From assembly GCA_043776735.1 (NCBI GenBank), contig JAYVQZ010000444.1, forward strand, positions 1 through 50,108: a DNA stretch of 50,108 bases, written 5' to 3'. The notes beneath the pieces were generated by a model. It saw only the letters and a list, made by a program, of their open reading frames with translations. It made no database searches and was not told the origin of the DNA. The stretch is from Deltaproteobacteria bacterium (GTDB taxonomy: Bacteria; Bdellovibrionota; FAC87; UBA2466). Position numbers and translations under genes: made by a program. This document shows positions 17,207-27,276 of this stretch, piece after piece; the first letter of the stretch is position 1; every line of letters begins with the position of its first letter.

Positions 17207-17962
17207 TTAGGTCTCGGCGGTGGCTTGGGCTTTGAGAACTGCGTCCTCTGAGGGAGGGCAGACTAAAAGCTTTCCACAGTGAGAGCATTGGTGAATTTGT
17301 TTAAATCCAATCACTTCGTTATAGAGCTGTGGCCGGACTCTAACGTGGCAAGCCTGGCACATCCCCTGGTCAACAGAAGCAATTGGTGAGCCTTTTCCAC
17401 GAGTTGCCAAACGGACGTACACTACGGCAATTCCGCCAGAGAGGTGTTTCACCTTTTCCGCCTGGTCTGTTTCAAGAACGGCCATTTGGGAATGCAACTT
17501 CGCTAATTCAGTCTGGAGTGCGGCGCACTCCTCGAGCGTTTTGGACTCTGCCGCCAAATACTGGGCCTCGTACTCTTTGAGGTCCTTCTGTTTTCCTTCA
17601 ACTTCGGAAAGCGCCTTGATAGCGACTTCTTCAATCTTTGCCTTTAATTTCTTACGATCTTCTTGCTCCCGGGTGGCAGCTTGGAATTCGGTGTTGTTTT
17701 TAACTTCCGACATCTTCGCTTCGGACTTTGCGAGATATTCGTCTTCGAGTTTTACTTCGCGCTCGGCTTCGCGGGCCCTTTTTTCAAGGTTTGCCACTTT
17801 AGTCTTTTCGCTGTCAAACGTTGCCCGGGTTTGTTTTGCCGTGGCTTGCAGCTTGGTCACTTCGGCAGGGATCCGTTCTAAATCAACTTTGATGCGACGG
17901 ATTTCGTCGTCAATTTTTCGTAATTCCCAAAGCACAGCTACTTGTTTTCGAATGTCACTCAC
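17207..17962 (-). CDS. Coiled-coil protein with C-terminal C4 zinc ribbon (COG1579/zf-RING_7-like family)
   Basis: Long K/E-rich coiled coil, then CQACHVRV...CSHCGKLL. GTG start with GAGGA 7 nt upstream. Confidence 0.7.
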   Translation of the reverse strand: MSDIRKQVAVLWELRKIDDEIRRIKVDLERIPAEVTKLQATAKQTRATFDSEKTKVANLEKRAREAEREVKLEDEYLAKSEAKMSEVKNNTEFQAATREQEDRKKLKAKIEEVAIKALSEVEGKQKDLKEYEAQYLAAESKTLEECAALQTELAKLHSQMAVLETDQAEKVKHLSGGIAVVYVRLATRGKGSPIASVDQGMCQACHVRVRPQLYNEVIGFKQIHQCSHCGKLLVCPPSEDAVLKAQATAET

Positions 17963-18249
17963 GCCAAATCCTCGTAATAAAAACGGACTACCCCGATAGG
18001 GAGCCCTAACTTCTCTCTTGAGAGCGCCGTATCATGGATCACCAGGTCGTAAACGGAAAGGGGATTATTGGAAAAGGGCGAATAATTGGGATTTTAAGGG
18101 CAATTGGCAAGTCCAAATATTGTCAATTCCTCCAATAAGCCAGCGTAGATACCGGAAATGATCTGCCGCACGAAAATAGTCTAAGAGGAGCAAGGTGCCA
18201 AGCATGCAACAACAGCCCAAAAACAATGCGGGGGACAATGCAGAAGATT

Positions 18250-18323
18250 TGGGCCCTGCTGGACTTGAACCAGCGACCTATCGGTTATGAGCCGACTGCT
18301 CTAACCAACTGAGCTAAGGGCCC
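18250..18323 (-). tRNA. tRNA with CAU anticodon, most likely tRNA-Ile2 (lysidine type), alternatively elongator tRNA-Met
   Basis: The reverse complement folds as a cloverleaf: acceptor GGGCCCT/AGGGCCC, D-stem GCTC/GAGC, anticodon stem GTCGG/CCGAT with loop CTCATAA, T-arm GCTGG-TTCAAGT-CCAGC. The T-arm and D-arm closely resemble what I recall of E. coli ileX. No encoded CCA. Confidence 0.9.
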
Positions 18324-18332
18324 ATGACCTGG

Positions 18333-20243
18333 CTAGTTTTCTATGAACGCCTTCAAGCGCTTACTGCGGCTTGGATGACGAAGCTTTCGCAACGCCTTGG
18401 CTTCAATCTGACGAATGCGCTCGCGGGTCACGTTAAAGTCCTGGCCCACCTCTTCCAAGGTGTGATCCGAGCTTTCGCCGATACCAAAACGCATACGAAG
18501 AACCTTTTCTTCACGAGGGGTCAACGTTGAGAGTACCTTACGAGTTTGTTCCGAAAGGTTGATGTTGGTGACCGCTTCCGAGGGAGAAATCATCGCTTTA
18601 TCTTCAATGAAATCTCCAAGATGCGAATCCTCATCTTCACCAATTGGGGTCTCTAGTGAAATAGGCTCTTTGGCAATTTTAAGGACCTTACGGACCTTAT
18701 CGACCGGCATCTCCATCTTCACTGCAATCTCTTCGGGTGTCGGTTCGCGTCCCAACTCTTGCACTAAGTAGCGCGAGGTTCGGATAAGTTTATTGATCGT
18801 TTCGATCATGTGCACGGGGATTCGAATGGTGCGCGCCTGATCGGCAATGGCTCGGGTGATGGCCTGACGAATCCACCACGTAGCATAAGTGGAAAATTTG
18901 TAACCACGGCGATACTCAAACTTATCGACCGCTTTCATGAGGCCAATATTGCCTTCTTGAATCAAGTCGAGAAACTGAAGGCCACGGTTTGTATATTTTT
19001 TGGCGATCGAAACCACCAGACGGAGGTTGGCTTCCACCAGCTCCGCTTTGGCTAGGTCAGATTTTCTTTCTCCGGCCACAATCATTTCATACATCTCGCG
19101 AAGTTCGCGAGCGCGCACGTTGGCTTCAATCTCAACGGCATCAATCTTTTTAATGGAGTTGTCGACGTAATGCTCAAGTTCAAGAAGTCCTGAATAGTCT
19201 ACGTTGAACTTCGCTTTGAGCTGTTCTTCGTATTTCTTATTCTTCTTGGCCTCTTTGACCATCCGCCGGAACTCGCCGATTCCGTCGCATTTAAGCTTTT
19301 TAAGCAGGGAGGCAATTTCGCCTTCCGCTTCTTCAATGCGCAGAACCTGCGTTTTAAACTTGGCTACGATCTTATTGATCGTCTTTCGGTTGAAGTTGAT
19401 CTCAACGAAAACATCCACGATGCTTTTGCGATTGGAGGCTAGCTTCTCACGAAGCTTTTTCCGATCGAGCGCATTCTGGCCTCCCTTAAGGAGCTTGGCC
19501 TCCATGGCGTGAACGGTCTTCTCAAAATTACGGACCAGCTTCATGCCGTCCAAAATCTTTTCCCGGCACTCCGCTTCGTTTAGACCGGCAAATTGATTAG
19601 GTGCTTCTTCGTCTTTTTCTTTTTCTTCAGGCTCTGCTTCAGGCTCAACCGGAGCCGCGGCGACGGCCTCGGCTCCCTCAGCCGTGGGCGCTGCATTTTC
19701 GTCAGGGTTTTCGGTTTCGGTCTCACCACCGCCGCGAAGTACGTCGCGGGCGCGCAGTTTGCCTTTTTCAATCTTATCGCCGATGCCCAAAAATTCTTTG
19801 ATACCCATCGACGAGTTTAGGATGACGTCGAGGACCTCTGCTTCACCTTCTTCAATACGCTTGGCGATTTCGATTTCGCCTTCACGGGTGAGCAGGGCTA
19901 CAGCGCCCATCTTTTTAAGATAAAGGCGAACGGGGTCGAGCCCGCGGGCCAGACCTTCGTCCTCTTCAGAGGCTGCAGGCGCGGCAGGAGCTGCTTCGGC
20001 CGACGGCGACGACTTATCGCCCTCTTTTTTGCCCTTTAGCTGCTTCTCGTTCTCAACGATTTCGATGTCGTTATCCTCAAGAAGTGTCATCACTTCATCA
20101 AGGTCATCCGAATTCGTGATCTCCTCAGGAAGGGCATCATTGATTTCCTCATACGTGAGGAAGCCCTTTTCTTTCCCGGAGGCGATTAGCTTTTGGAGCT
20201 CTTTTTTCTTTTCAAGCTTTGAAGACATACTTATTCGTCCCAT
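18333..20243 (-). CDS. rpoD: Primary RNA polymerase sigma factor sigma-70
   Basis: Region 1.1 ([12 protein letters not shown]), acidic spacer, region 2 ([47 protein letters not shown]), regions 3 and 4 ([14 protein letters not shown]...[27 protein letters not shown]). The start may be ATG 20228 (MSSKLEKK) rather than 20243. Confidence 0.95.
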   Translation of the reverse strand: MGRISMSSKLEKKKELQKLIASGKEKGFLTYEEINDALPEEITNSDDLDEVMTLLEDNDIEIVENEKQLKGKKEGDKSSPSAEAAPAAPAASEEDEGLARGLDPVRLYLKKMGAVALLTREGEIEIAKRIEEGEAEVLDVILNSSMGIKEFLGIGDKIEKGKLRARDVLRGGGETETENPDENAAPTAEGAEAVAAAPVEPEAEPEEKEKDEEAPNQFAGLNEAECREKILDGMKLVRNFEKTVHAMEAKLLKGGQNALDRKKLREKLASNRKSIVDVFVEINFNRKTINKIVAKFKTQVLRIEEAEGEIASLLKKLKCDGIGEFRRMVKEAKKNKKYEEQLKAKFNVDYSGLLELEHYVDNSIKKIDAVEIEANVRARELREMYEMIVAGERKSDLAKAELVEANLRLVVSIAKKYTNRGLQFLDLIQEGNIGLMKAVDKFEYRRGYKFSTYATWWIRQAITRAIADQARTIRIPVHMIETINKLIRTSRYLVQELGREPTPEEIAVKMEMPVDKVRKVLKIAKEPISLETPIGEDEDSHLGDFIEDKAMISPSEAVTNINLSEQTRKVLSTLTPREEKVLRMRFGIGESSDHTLEEVGQDFNVTRERIRQIEAKALRKLRHPSRSKRLKAFIEN

Positions 20244-20559
20244 TCCTTGTCAGGAGGCTATAGTACCGTTGGCGAAGAGACAAACCCCAAGCGATACCAC
20301 GCTGCACTAAGTTAGACAATAATACCGCTCACATAAAGCGTAAATTAATTGAAGTCTCATGGCTTAGCAACCCCTGGCATGGGCGTCGAAAGCCAGATTA
20401 AATGTAATAATTCAAACGCTTATCATCAACGACCTTCCTTTAAACCCGGCCCTATGAAAAAAAACTAGGCCAACGGTTTTTTATCGTTGCGTGTCCCTGG
20501 TCTTTTTCGGCAAATTAGGCCGTTCAACCATATGCGTCATCCAAAAAGGGAGACTCTAC

Positions 20560-21789
20560 ATGCCACTTATTTTGGTTCTGCTTCTTTTGGGACTGGGCAC
20601 CATCGGCGAAGCCGCCGCAAATTTCAATGATCTAAATCGCTATGCGGCAGAAGTCTTGCGCGAAGACGGAAAGCTTCAAAAAAGGCTCTCAGAGCTGCTA
20701 ATAGAAAAACTAGCTTTGGATTGGGGCAATACGCAGGAGTTGGCACGCGAAAGCATCCAGACCCTGGCGGAGAGCAAATACACTATCGAATTTCCCGCCG
20801 ACAAATCGTGTAATCCCTGGCCAGAGCTTTTGGAGACGGCAAAATACCGAAACCAACTCGAGGCTCAAATCGATCAAGTCGCCGATTTTTTAAGCGACTA
20901 TCATCATCGAAATTTAGGGAGAAATATTTCTTTTTTTAAGATTCGGCATGTAAACCTTCGCACCGCCAGTCGTTACTTGCGCCACAAATCCATAGAGTTG
21001 GACCGATTTAAGTCGGAACTGACCCTTCATGTGGGTCCCGTTCGCGCCTGGCTCGTGGGCAACGGCCCTCTAACCAAAGACAATCTCCATCCTCTCTCTG
21101 CAAAAGAGATCAAAGAAAAATGGAACAACGGCGAAATGTGGGCCGAAGACAGCTTGGCCAAAGAGATCGTGGATAAGGCAAGAAACCCAATTCGTGGTTA
21201 TTGGCCTCTTCTCAACCCGATCGGAGATGTGCGAGTGGCACTGCGAGAGGCTCTTAAACAAGAGGGTTTAAAACTGGTGGAAAAGATCCGGGGCTGGCTT
21301 CGCCAAGATGATCTTCAACTGCAACAAGGTTTATTGGCGGTGGCTGAGGGCTTAAAAAACAGGGAGGCGGCTAGCAAGATTCTTAAAAACAAATCAAATG
21401 CCGCACTCTTTGATATCGGTCAAAAATGGGTGGATAAATTAAACGACCCAAAGGTGCTTGAAGACATGGCCAATGCCGCAATCATGGCCTGCGTAAAAAA
21501 ACAGATGGTGAAACAGCGGGAAACCCAGACTAATCGAACCCAGGTGGGCCTCGTGAACGTAGAAAACTTTCATAATATTGACGTAGATTTTGCGGTAGGT
21601 GACACGAAAGATTTTCAGGAATATGTGGTTGTCCCAGAAAATATTGAGATCAATGTCACGCAGTACGGAATTGTGAATGTCTCCACGACGGATCGTGTTT
21701 CGGTAAGCGCTGCGTTGTCGGCGCTCACTTCTGCTGGGGCGTTGGAAAAAGCATCGCTGGCCTCGGTTATAAAATCGCTAAATCAATAA
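20560..21789 (+). CDS. Secreted hypothetical protein (orphan, no recognisable domain)
   Basis: ATG 20560 preceded by AAAGGGAG. Signal peptide MPLILVLLLLGLGTIGEAAA. 409 aa, mixed helical-looking sequence. Its 3' end overlaps the dnaG stop by 7 nt (convergent). Confidence 0.6.
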   Translation: MPLILVLLLLGLGTIGEAAANFNDLNRYAAEVLREDGKLQKRLSELLIEKLALDWGNTQELARESIQTLAESKYTIEFPADKSCNPWPELLETAKYRNQLEAQIDQVADFLSDYHHRNLGRNISFFKIRHVNLRTASRYLRHKSIELDRFKSELTLHVGPVRAWLVGNGPLTKDNLHPLSAKEIKEKWNNGEMWAEDSLAKEIVDKARNPIRGYWPLLNPIGDVRVALREALKQEGLKLVEKIRGWLRQDDLQLQQGLLAVAEGLKNREAASKILKNKSNAALFDIGQKWVDKLNDPKVLEDMANAAIMACVKKQMVKQRETQTNRTQVGLVNVENFHNIDVDFAVGDTKDFQEYVVVPENIEINVTQYGIVNVSTTDRVSVSAALSALTSAGALEKASLASVIKSLNQ

Positions 21790-23615
21790 GTGGTGGGGCC
21801 CCCTTGGCGGGCCGCTGAGAGGGTTTCGAGTAAACGAAGAGTCTCTTCTTCTTGGCCCAGTTTTTGGGCTAGCTTCACTTGGGTAGTGAGTTGTTGAATA
21901 GTTTTTTCTTTTCTACGACGAGTTAGGTCCCGTACTATTTGGGTGAGATTTTCCCTGGTAAAAATGGAGGGGTTTTTGACGACTCCGTCTTCGGCGGTGA
22001 GCAACGATTCAGAAAGTACCGCACTGAGTTCAGGATCAGTAACTTCACGGGCCATGGTTTCCAAAATGGGCTTCATCAACTCGGCAGAAGTCGTATTCTC
22101 AAGGATTGCAATCAGCGATCCCAGATATGGCTCAGAAACCTGATCCGAAAATTTCAACGGGGCCGCTTTTAAAAATTCTTCGGGGTATAAAATGGCCCCT
22201 TGGAAAAAAGCACGCCCCAACATGTCTTTTTTCCCCGCTGAGGCGGGAGCTTGCTTCTTGACTGGGCCAGTAGCAGATTGGGTTTTTTCCGGCGGCTTTT
22301 GTCCCATCTGTCGTTCCAAATGGGTGACCAAAGTTTGCGGAGACAGTCCCAACAATAAACCAACGTCATCCCAAAGCATCGCCCGATCCGGTCGGTTTCG
22401 GCTGGAAATGAGAATAGGGGTCAGCCGCTCCAGCCATTTTGCCTTTTGCTCCTGGCTGATGGGCCCCTGGCTGGAGATCTCCTTAAGCAATTGGGTCACC
22501 TGTTTTGGGGCTTGATCGACCAGCTCATAAAAGCGATCGGCCCCTTCGGCCTGAACAAACTCATCCGGATCTTTTCCGTCGGGAAGTTTAAGGTCTCTGG
22601 CCAAAATGCCGGAGTCGAGAAAAAGTGAGATCGATCTTCGCCAGGCTTCGCGCCCCGCTTCGTCGGGATCAAAAACGGTAACAACCCGTTTGGTAATGCG
22701 GCCCAATATCTTGCAGTGGTCTTCGGTAAGTGCGGTACCCATGGTGGCAAGAGCGTTGTCCACTCCCTTATCGTACAGGCCTACAACGTCCATGTAGCCT
22801 TCCACCAAGATAGCTTCGCCCTTTAACCGAATTCCTCGCTGATTTTCAGAAAGTGCATAAAGGGTGTTCTTTTTGGAAAAAAGAGGTGTCTCGGGAGAAT
22901 TAAGGTATTTAGGCTGCTTTTCATTCCCCTCTTTGCCGGGAAGCAGCCTGGCGCCAAAACCAACCACCTGCCCGTCCGCATTTACGATCGGGAACATGAG
23001 CCGACCACGAAAGCGATCGTAGCCATCATTTTTCCCATCCGTACTTTGAATGACAAGACCCGCCGAGATCAGCTCCGGGGTCGTAAAGCCTTTGGACTTA
23101 AGCCCCTCTTTTAAGGTGGACCAAGCATCAGGCGAGACACCGATCCTAAACTTCTTAACGGTTTCCCAAGAGATGCCGCGGGACTCCACATATTTTCGTA
23201 CGGCCTCGTACTCTGGCTTCTTTTCGAGAAGGTAGTGGTAGTACTTGGCCGCGATATCATTGGCTTCCATCAGCCTGAGTTCTTCAGGATTAGTTTTGGC
23301 TTTAGGAACGTAGCTAGATTTTTTAGACTGAACGATCTCAATGCCAGCTTTTTTTGCTAACCGTTCGACCGCTTCGGGAAACCTAAGCCCCTCAATATTC
23401 ATAAGGAATGTGAAAATGTTACCGCCGCTATGGCAGCCAAAGCAGTGGTAAATCTGCTTGAGCGGTTGGACATGGAATGAGGGGGACTTTTCTTTGTGAA
23501 AAGGGCAAAGCCCTGTCATCCCGGTACCGCTTCGTTTTAGCGGGACGTAAGTCTGGATCAGTTCAACGATATCAATCCGTTCTCTGATTTGGCCTAATGT
23601 CGACTCGTCAAACAC
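21783..23615 (-). CDS. dnaG: DNA primase
   Basis: Zinc ribbon CPFHKEKSPSFHV...CFGC, TOPRIM EGYMDVV...DPDEAG. Position in the rpsU-dnaG context. Confidence 0.95.
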   Translation of the reverse strand: MFDESTLGQIRERIDIVELIQTYVPLKRSGTGMTGLCPFHKEKSPSFHVQPLKQIYHCFGCHSGGNIFTFLMNIEGLRFPEAVERLAKKAGIEIVQSKKSSYVPKAKTNPEELRLMEANDIAAKYYHYLLEKKPEYEAVRKYVESRGISWETVKKFRIGVSPDAWSTLKEGLKSKGFTTPELISAGLVIQSTDGKNDGYDRFRGRLMFPIVNADGQVVGFGARLLPGKEGNEKQPKYLNSPETPLFSKKNTLYALSENQRGIRLKGEAILVEGYMDVVGLYDKGVDNALATMGTALTEDHCKILGRITKRVVTVFDPDEAGREAWRRSISLFLDSGILARDLKLPDGKDPDEFVQAEGADRFYELVDQAPKQVTQLLKEISSQGPISQEQKAKWLERLTPILISSRNRPDRAMLWDDVGLLLGLSPQTLVTHLERQMGQKPPEKTQSATGPVKKQAPASAGKKDMLGRAFFQGAILYPEEFLKAAPLKFSDQVSEPYLGSLIAILENTTSAELMKPILETMAREVTDPELSAVLSESLLTAEDGVVKNPSIFTRENLTQIVRDLTRRRKEKTIQQLTTQVKLAQKLGQEEETLRLLETLSAARQGGPTTY

Positions 23616-23637
23616 CCATGAACCTCAAAGCCTCCGC

Positions 23638-24315
23638 CTACCCCTTACGGGAGAGGCTGGGGGCACCAACAATACAATACCGCCGGAGTAGCTCCGCTGA
23701 TTGGGAAATTCCGATGCGTGGTGTTCTAGCAATTTCCGATGGTAGTACCGTATTTCCTAAGTCCACTACTCTTAAAGTGTCACCAAAAAAGGTCAATCCA
23801 TTGTGCGACATAGTGAGGCCCAGCCCGCGAGCCAGGTTGCCTGGGCCTGAAAGGAGTCTAGTGTCCGAAATTTCTTTGCCCTTTCTGCCCGGTAGGTTTC
23901 GTTTCTGGCGCATCCATTCCACCCCAATAAGAGGCTGGGCAGCCCTTAGGAGTACGGCCTCTCCTCTTCCTTTTTCGCCCGTGGAAATGTTGGCGCAAAG
24001 GTTAATTCCGTAGATGAGATAAACGTAGCAGATTCCCCCCTCCTCAAACATTGGCCAGTTTCTTTTGGTAGGGCCTCGAAAGGAATGGCTCGCGGCATCG
24101 TCAAAGGCGTAGGCCTCCACCTCGGTAATTTCAGCCAACAGCTTCACATCACTGTGCTCAACCCATAGCCCTTTTCCCAATAGAGCGGCAGCCACCAAGT
24201 CTACAGGCCTTTGGTAGAAACTTTTTGGCAACGGGCTGCGGCTAATATTACGAGAGAAGCTTCCGTGCGATTTCATTAACCGCTTTTCCATCGACGCGGC
24301 CACTCGCTTTGGCAA
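23638..24315 (-). CDS. mpg: DNA-3-methyladenine glycosylase (AAG/Mpg family)
   Basis: FYQRPVDLVAAALLGKGL, EVEAY...D.ASH, GICYVYLIYGINLCANIS, PRIGIS. Start unclear: the ATGs at 24315, 24291 and 24276 all overlap the yqeY 3' end (stop at 24248), and TTG 24231 would not. Confidence 0.8.
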   Translation of the reverse strand: MPKRVAASMEKRLMKSHGSFSRNISRSPLPKSFYQRPVDLVAAALLGKGLWVEHSDVKLLAEITEVEAYAFDDAASHSFRGPTKRNWPMFEEGGICYVYLIYGINLCANISTGEKGRGEAVLLRAAQPLIGVEWMRQKRNLPGRKGKEISDTRLLSGPGNLARGLGLTMSHNGLTFFGDTLRVVDLGNTVLPSEIARTPRIGISQSAELLRRYCIVGAPSLSRKG

Positions 24316-24691
24316 GTACGGCTTTCATCACTTTGCCAATATCATTGGGCCCCTTGGCGCCGGATTCTTCGATTGCCGCCTTCACTATGGCTTCGGTCTC
24401 TTCGCGAGTGGCTTGCTGAGGAAGGTAAGCTTGAAGGAAAACAATTTCCGCTTTTTCCTGCGCGACAAGATCGGGTCGGTTTCCTTTTTCAAAGGCTTCA
24501 ACGGAATCATTACGCTGTTTGATGAGCGTTTGAATAATCTTTAGAATTTCCGCATCCTCGATAACCACACGCCGATCAATTTCGCGTTTCTTGATTTCGG
24601 AAATGGCCATACGCAAGGTAGCCACTTTTGAGGGGTTAGCCGCCTTCATGGCGCCTTTCATGTCGTTTTGAAGCTGGGTTTTGAGATCCAC
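24248..24691 (-). CDS. yqeY: GatB/YqeY-domain protein
   Basis: LKTQLQNDMKGAMKA...LRMAISEIKKREID, a typical YqeY N-terminus. Size 147 aa. Directly after rpsU. Confidence 0.8.
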   Translation of the reverse strand: MDLKTQLQNDMKGAMKAANPSKVATLRMAISEIKKREIDRRVVIEDAEILKIIQTLIKQRNDSVEAFEKGNRPDLVAQEKAEIVFLQAYLPQQATREETEAIVKAAIEESGAKGPNDIGKVMKAVLAKASGRVDGKAVNEIARKLLS

Positions 24692-24700
24692 AAAGGCCTC

Positions 24701-24901
24701 TTAGTAGGTTGATGTCGGCCGCGCCATTTTCATTTTCGCTTTACGGGCCGCAATTGATTTCTTTTTGCGTCGAACCGAGGGTTTTTCGTAAAATTCCCTT
24801 CGCCGAAGCTCAGTTACAATACCAGCATTCTCGCACAGGCGCTTAAACTTGCGGATTGCCATGTCGGTTGAGTCATTTTCTCTTACAACGATTCCAATCA
24901 T
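24701..24901 (-). CDS. rpsU: 30S ribosomal protein S21
   Basis: 66 aa, basic, [34 protein letters not shown]. Confidence 0.95.
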   Translation of the reverse strand: MIGIVVRENDSTDMAIRKFKRLCENAGIVTELRRREFYEKPSVRRKKKSIAARKAKMKMARPTSTY

Positions 24902-24947
24902 CTTCTCTCCAAAGGCCTTCCTGACTACCGTTTTCCAAGCTTTTCCG

Positions 24948-26015
24948 TCAAGTGATCAACATGGCATCGCCGTAGCTGAAAAAACGGTACCCTTTTAGAA
25001 CCGCCTCTTGGTACGTGGCCAGTACCTTTTCTTGACCCGCAAAGGCACTTACCAAAATTAGAAGTGTCGATTCTGGAAGGTGAAAGTTAGTGATTAACCC
25101 GTCGGCCATTTTGAAATGGTAGCCAGGAGTAATAAAAATCCGAGTGCTAGCCCGGGCCCCTTCTTTGGGAAAGGATTCCAATGCTCTTAATGTGGTGGTA
25201 CCTACAGCAATCACCCGGCCACCCGCTCTGCGGCAATCTTCAATACTCTTGAGCGTCTCTTGCGGGATTTCATACGATTCCGAATGCATATGATGGTCAT
25301 CAGTATCTTTTACAAGAATAGGAGCAAACGTCCCATAGCCCACATGAAGGGTAACGAAGGCAAAGTGAACGCCCTTTTTCTTTAAGGAATCCAAAAGCTC
25401 GATAGTGAAATGCAGGCCTGCAGTTGGAGCTGCAATCGAACCCATTAGCCGGGCGTATACGGTTTGATAGCTTTCCCTATCGCCGGGTTCCGGTGCCCTG
25501 TCTAAATACGGCGGCAACGGAATGAGTCCGTTGATTTTTAACCAGGCCTCGCCAGTCGCCGGGTCAGCAAGTGGTTCGGCTTCCAGCAAGAAGCGATTCT
25601 CGTCTCGTCGGATAACACCCGGGCTTCCATCGGCGAAAGTGACAGAAAGCTCCTGCTTAACTTTTTTGCCCGGTTTTACCAAACAGACCCACACGCCTGG
25701 GGAGACCTCTTCAGTAAGAAAGGCCTCCAGTGTGGCCCCCTTTTCGTTTTTCACAAAAAGGCGGGCAGGAATGACCTTGGTATCGTTAAAAACTAACAGA
25801 TCGCCAGCCCTTAAATGGGAAGTGAGTTCGGAAAAGCGGGTGTGATCGATCGCCCCATTTGTCTTATCCAGGCGTAGCAGGCGCGAGCTGTCCCTCGGGA
25901 CAGCCGGGTATTTGGCAATCTGACTTGGTGGCAGAAAAAAATTAAAGTCGGACAGTTTCACGCGCGCAGCATAGGAGAGTTGCGCGAAACTTTCTAGGCA
26001 TTTTGCCCGGGCCAT
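24948..26015 (-). CDS. queA: S-adenosylmethionine:tRNA ribosyltransferase-isomerase
   Basis: [59 protein letters not shown] 26015 overlaps the upstream stop by 1 nt (TAATG). An internal GTG at 25961 would give the canonical VKLSDF N-terminus. Confidence 0.9.
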   Translation of the reverse strand: MARAKCLESFAQLSYAARVKLSDFNFFLPPSQIAKYPAVPRDSSRLLRLDKTNGAIDHTRFSELTSHLRAGDLLVFNDTKVIPARLFVKNEKGATLEAFLTEEVSPGVWVCLVKPGKKVKQELSVTFADGSPGVIRRDENRFLLEAEPLADPATGEAWLKINGLIPLPPYLDRAPEPGDRESYQTVYARLMGSIAAPTAGLHFTIELLDSLKKKGVHFAFVTLHVGYGTFAPILVKDTDDHHMHSESYEIPQETLKSIEDCRRAGGRVIAVGTTTLRALESFPKEGARASTRIFITPGYHFKMADGLITNFHLPESTLLILVSAFAGQEKVLATYQEAVLKGYRFFSYGDAMLIT

Positions 26016-27187
26016 TATTTAGCATTTGTGAGAAAGGAGACCCGTTGGGATGGTTTATAGAGATGGCTACCCGAATAGTAATGCTGCAGAATCTGGTCGT
26101 AGGACTTACCTTCCCTGGCCATTCCGCGAGCTCCCCATTGGCAAAGGCCGACACCATGCCCAGCGCCCTGCCCTGAGAATTGAATTCCCGAGGTTGCGGC
26201 TGACCAGGTGAAAAGCGAACTTTGCAGGAGGCTGAAGCCAAGTTTTTGGCGAAGCTCTTCTGTTCTTAAAACTTTATTGAAGCCGCTAGCTTCCACGCTC
26301 AGAGCGACGATTCGCCCAGCGGTATCGGTCTGATACTGTTTTATTTCCACGCTCGAAAGAGGAATCTTTAGCGAAGCGGAGAACTCGTCCCAAGGTATTT
26401 TTGCCACCCACCTGTAGTGATTTTTTTGGCAGTAGGTGCACGGAGCTGACTGGCCGCGGTTTCCCTCAGAATTGATCCATATCTCTTTTGCTGTTGCGGT
26501 GTGTCCTCCGCAGCGAGAGTGAAAAAAAGCTTTGAACGGAGGGGGAAGGTTTTTCTTCTTTTCAGAATCGCTGTAGAACAAATACTCCCCTTGTGTGGCA
26601 CGAACGGCGTCATTTACTAGCGAATACTTTCCGGTGCTGCCAAACACTTGGTCGAATACATTGGATTCCACGTCGTAGGTCGTATTTCTGGGGTTTTTAA
26701 GGCGATGGTAGGCAAAGGTGCGGGCCGCCACTGCTTGTGCTTTAAGGGCTTCAAATTCTGCACGGCTTCCCATTTCAGCAAGGACAACTCCAGCGGTGTA
26801 AGTTTCCAATGGGGTTTTTACTAGAAACCAGAGCCCCCCGGCTTTTCGGGTTATTTGCAAAACTCCGCTTCGTCGTTTTTCATCCAAGGTCCACTCAGCG
26901 CCTGCACTGGCGCGCAAAAGGATTGTGCTGCTTGTGGTGGAATGGGAGCCAATGTGAATTTGCTCACCGTTACGACCGGGTGACACAGTAACCCGACTGG
27001 GGAGTGCTATCCACTCGCCAGAGTCTTCTGTCTTCCATTGAAGCCTCCCGTTTGTTGTGCCGACCTCAACGGGCGCGGCACTCTTTTTGAGGAGCACCTT
27101 GATTTGGTGTGTAGCCAAAGTGTCGGACCCGTGTGCAGAAAAGGTCAACAAGGAATAGAAGACAAAGGCAAAACTTGCCGGAGTCAT
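26015..27187 (-). CDS. SpoIID/LytB-domain protein (peptidoglycan remodelling, amidase-enhancer family)
   Basis: Signal peptide, FHSRCGGHTATAKEIW and GAGHGVGLCQWGARGMA motifs. Confidence 0.8.
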   Translation of the reverse strand: MTPASFAFVFYSLLTFSAHGSDTLATHQIKVLLKKSAAPVEVGTTNGRLQWKTEDSGEWIALPSRVTVSPGRNGEQIHIGSHSTTSSTILLRASAGAEWTLDEKRRSGVLQITRKAGGLWFLVKTPLETYTAGVVLAEMGSRAEFEALKAQAVAARTFAYHRLKNPRNTTYDVESNVFDQVFGSTGKYSLVNDAVRATQGEYLFYSDSEKKKNLPPPFKAFFHSRCGGHTATAKEIWINSEGNRGQSAPCTYCQKNHYRWVAKIPWDEFSASLKIPLSSVEIKQYQTDTAGRIVALSVEASGFNKVLRTEELRQKLGFSLLQSSLFTWSAATSGIQFSGQGAGHGVGLCQWGARGMAREGKSYDQILQHYYSGSHLYKPSQRVSFLTNAK

Positions 27188-27276
27188 TGAGCCCTCGCGT
27201 TATCTTGATTTTGTTCGGAGTAAGGTGCAGGAAAAAAACTAAGGGGAAAGGAATACGTCTATAATTTTATTATACC

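Noticed and set aside
17541-17999. 152-aa plus-strand ORF antisense to the zinc-ribbon coiled-coil gene. Similar antisense or alternate-frame ORFs occur at 2430-2783, 9612-9971, 12905-13288, 14595-14975, 16286-16681, 23597-24013, 27270-27716, 29985-30359, 44695-45030 and 46507-46863.
   Set aside because: All lie wholly inside strongly supported genes with clear family motifs. Their translations are low-complexity (Ser/Arg/Leu-rich), as expected for the shadow frames of real genes.
18034-18138. 34-codon ORF (MDHQVVNGKGIIGKGRIIG...) and a CCAGGTC...GGAAAGG stretch vaguely reminiscent of SRP RNA, in the tRNA/zinc-ribbon spacer
   Set aside because: The small ORF has no SD and is on the strand opposite to all neighbours. 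The SRP domain IV consensus (GGAAGCAGCC symmetric loop) is absent. More likely this is just the promoter region for the zinc-ribbon gene.
18190-18200. Second sigma-54-like motif (minus-strand TGGCAC-C-TTGC) upstream of the zinc-ribbon gene
   Set aside because: The spacer between the -24 and -12 elements is 1 nt instead of 5, so it cannot function as a -24/-12 promoter.
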